From NCBI GenBank assembly GCA_964552565.1, contig CAZKGL010000002.1, positions 365 through 64,364 on the forward strand: DNA of 64,000 nucleotides. The letters run 5' to 3'. Below, one piece after another: positions 62,655 to 64,000 of the stretch. Position 1 is the first letter of the stretch. Each line of letters starts with the position of its first letter. The position numbers were made by a program, and so were the translations under genes. This stretch comes from an uncultured Gammaproteobacteria bacterium. Its GTDB lineage: Bacteria; Patescibacteriota; Patescibacteriia; UBA9934. A model generated the notes under the pieces. That model saw nothing but the letters and a program-made list of their open reading frames with translations. It had not been told where the DNA came from and ran no database searches.

Positions 62655-62772
62655 CGTCATTGCGAGGAGCACGGCGACGAAGACCCGCTGAGCGGGTCAA
62701 AGCAATCTCTGTTCACCTGAGATTGCTTCGCTTCGCTCGCAATGACAATGCCGGGCGTGTTGCCCGGCATTG
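62655..62772. terminator. nested inverted-repeat element between convergent comM and M23-peptidase genes (11-bp outer stem, two internal hairpins, 11-bp terminal hairpin CAATGCCGGGC/GCCCGGCATTG)
   Basis: GTCATTGCGAG(62656-62666)/CTCGCAATGAC(62737-62747). GACCCGC-TGA-GCGGGTC. AGCAATCTC-N9-GAGATTGCT. Hairpin 62746-62772 overlaps the 3' arm of the outer stem. Confidence 0.5.
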
Positions 62773-62779
62773 TGAGTGC

Positions 62780-63997
62780 TTATCGGATGTACGACAGCGG
62801 ATTCATGAAGCTGCCGTTGGCGATGACTTCGAAGTGGAGGTGCGTGCCGGTCGATTTGCCCGTGGAACCGCAGCGCCCGATCGGCGTACCCGCCGTGACG
62901 CTATGGCCGGCCGACACGTAGATGGCGTGATGGTGGCCGTAGCGCGTCACAATGCCGTTGCCGTGGTTGATCTCTACCGTATTGCCGTACCCGCGCAGCC
63001 AGCCGGCGTACTGCACGATGCCGTCCGCAGCGGCGTAGTTGTCGTTGGTCGAGGACCCGTCCGCATGGCCGTTGCAGTCGATGTCGACGCCGGTGTGGTA
63101 CCAACTGAGGCCGCGGACGATATACGAGAGGTCGGTCGGCCACATCATCGCCGCACCGGTGTTCTTCACGGTCGACGCGGTTGACGTGGTCGGCGCGGCG
63201 GTAAGGACGCGCGACACCGCTTCGCGGCGGCTCGTCGGGGTCGGCGCTTGGATTTCGCCGCCAGGAATAACGAGCGTTTCACCGGCGGATAGCGTCCCGC
63301 TGTCGTCGAGGCGGTTGTACGCGATCACCTCGCTCTGCTCGACACCGTACGTCTTTGCGATGCGTGCAACGGTATCGCCGCTCTTCACCGTGTGCTGGAC
63401 GCCGGAGACCGGAAGGATCGTCAGGACCTGGCCCGGCTTCACGACGCTTCGGACGTTCAGGCTGTTCGCCCACAAGAGTGTATTGAGGCTGATGCCGTAG
63501 CTCGCCGCGATGGTCGAAAGCGTGTCGCCTTCCTGGACCGTGTAGGTTTCGATCGCTTCACGCGGTGCAACGCTCGCACTGCCCTCTGCAATGGCGAGCG
63601 ACGAAAGGGCGCCGCCGCCGACAAGCGACGTGGTCATCACCGCGCCCGATGCGTCCGTCCCGCCCACGGGAACGGAAAGCGTGCTTGCGGAGAGATACTT
63701 CACCGGCGGTGCAGACGTCACGTCAGACACATCGGCGTAGTCGTCGATCAACTCCTGTTCGTCATTCGTCACGAGGCCGTACATAAGGCTGCGTTCGCCA
63801 TATGTTTCGGCGCGGACGTCGGTCAGCTGGATGTTTACGACGCCGGCAGCGACCGCGATCGCGATGGCGACAGTGTGGAACATGTGGCGGTTCGCCACGG
63901 CGTACATGAGCCGGTTTTTCGCCGGGCGGTAAAAGCGCTGCATGCGGCGGCGCAGCAAATAGACTCCGTGGTATGCGGGAACCACGACACGCGGCAA
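62780..63997 (-). CDS. LysM-domain M23-family metallopeptidase (LytM-like); N-terminus may extend beyond window
   Basis: Two LysM repeats (YTVQEGDTLSTIAASYGISL; HTVKSGDTVARIAKTYGVEQ) and M23 motifs (HTGVDID, GNTVEINHGNGIVTRYGH, GSTGKSTGTHLHFEV). Confidence 0.85.
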   Translation of the reverse strand: MPRVVVPAYHGVYLLRRRMQRFYRPAKNRLMYAVANRHMFHTVAIAIAVAAGVVNIQLTDVRAETYGERSLMYGLVTNDEQELIDDYADVSDVTSAPPVKYLSASTLSVPVGGTDASGAVMTTSLVGGGALSSLAIAEGSASVAPREAIETYTVQEGDTLSTIAASYGISLNTLLWANSLNVRSVVKPGQVLTILPVSGVQHTVKSGDTVARIAKTYGVEQSEVIAYNRLDDSGTLSAGETLVIPGGEIQAPTPTSRREAVSRVLTAAPTTSTASTVKNTGAAMMWPTDLSYIVRGLSWYHTGVDIDCNGHADGSSTNDNYAAADGIVQYAGWLRGYGNTVEINHGNGIVTRYGHHHAIYVSAGHSVTAGTPIGRCGSTGKSTGTHLHFEVIANGSFMNPLSYIR

Positions 63998-64000
63998 AAG

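Overview
GC-rich (about 60-65% by eye), gene-dense bacterial chromosomal segment, roughly 57 genes. The standard genetic code applies: TGA terminates the essential holA and epmA, so UGA recoding was ruled out. Antisense to nearly every real gene there are long Arg/Ala/Ser-rich ORFs, as is usual in high-GC DNA; these were rejected and the real genes called from homology signatures and GC3 codon bias.

Gene content by strand:
- Minus strand: smc (5' part, runs off the window), PEP-synthase-type ATP-grasp domain protein, tRNA-Gly, cca, ruvC, rpoC, rpoB, recA, a RodZ-like HTH membrane protein, ftsK, a ThiH-like radical-SAM gene, efp/epmA, rpsF-ssb-rpsR, ychF, an ~11 kb operon of five secreted/surface proteins (O-antigen-ligase/TPR protein, a 1500-aa repetitive adhesin-like protein, an (EP)n-linker protein, two small secreted proteins), tRNA-Ala, tRNA-Arg, rpsT, holA, polA, ndh (type II), xerC/D and a LysM-M23 peptidase.
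- Plus strand: nrnA, several small hypotheticals, a YdeI-like protein, a TrmB-family regulator, a Hanks Ser/Thr kinase, a THUMP methyltransferase, rmuC, a NUDIX hydrolase, tRNA-Arg and tRNA-His, rpsO, a NYN-domain protein, pnp, a DksA/TraR-like protein, lspA and comM/yifB.

Noteworthy:
1. A lower-GC patch where a 17-codon ORF with a consensus SD sits 2 nt upstream of a ThiH-family (tyrosine-lyase type) radical-SAM gene, divergent from a TrmB regulator.
2. A 57-nt direct duplication of the tRNA-Gly 3' end plus its terminator.
3. Two AT-rich intergenic regions with perfect DnaA boxes, one a plausible oriC.
4. An operator-like GAGACTTAGTCTC repeat array.
5. A coding-looking signal-peptide ORF with no canonical start codon.
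6. A hexanucleotide (EP)n microsatellite inside a surface-protein gene.
7. A roughly 900-nt non-coding stretch upstream of rpoB.

rpoB-rpoC sit without rplJ-rplL upstream and recA lies next to ftsK. Together with the tight spacing and many surface proteins, this hints at a reduced-genome lineage, possibly CPR/Patescibacteria; that is inference only.
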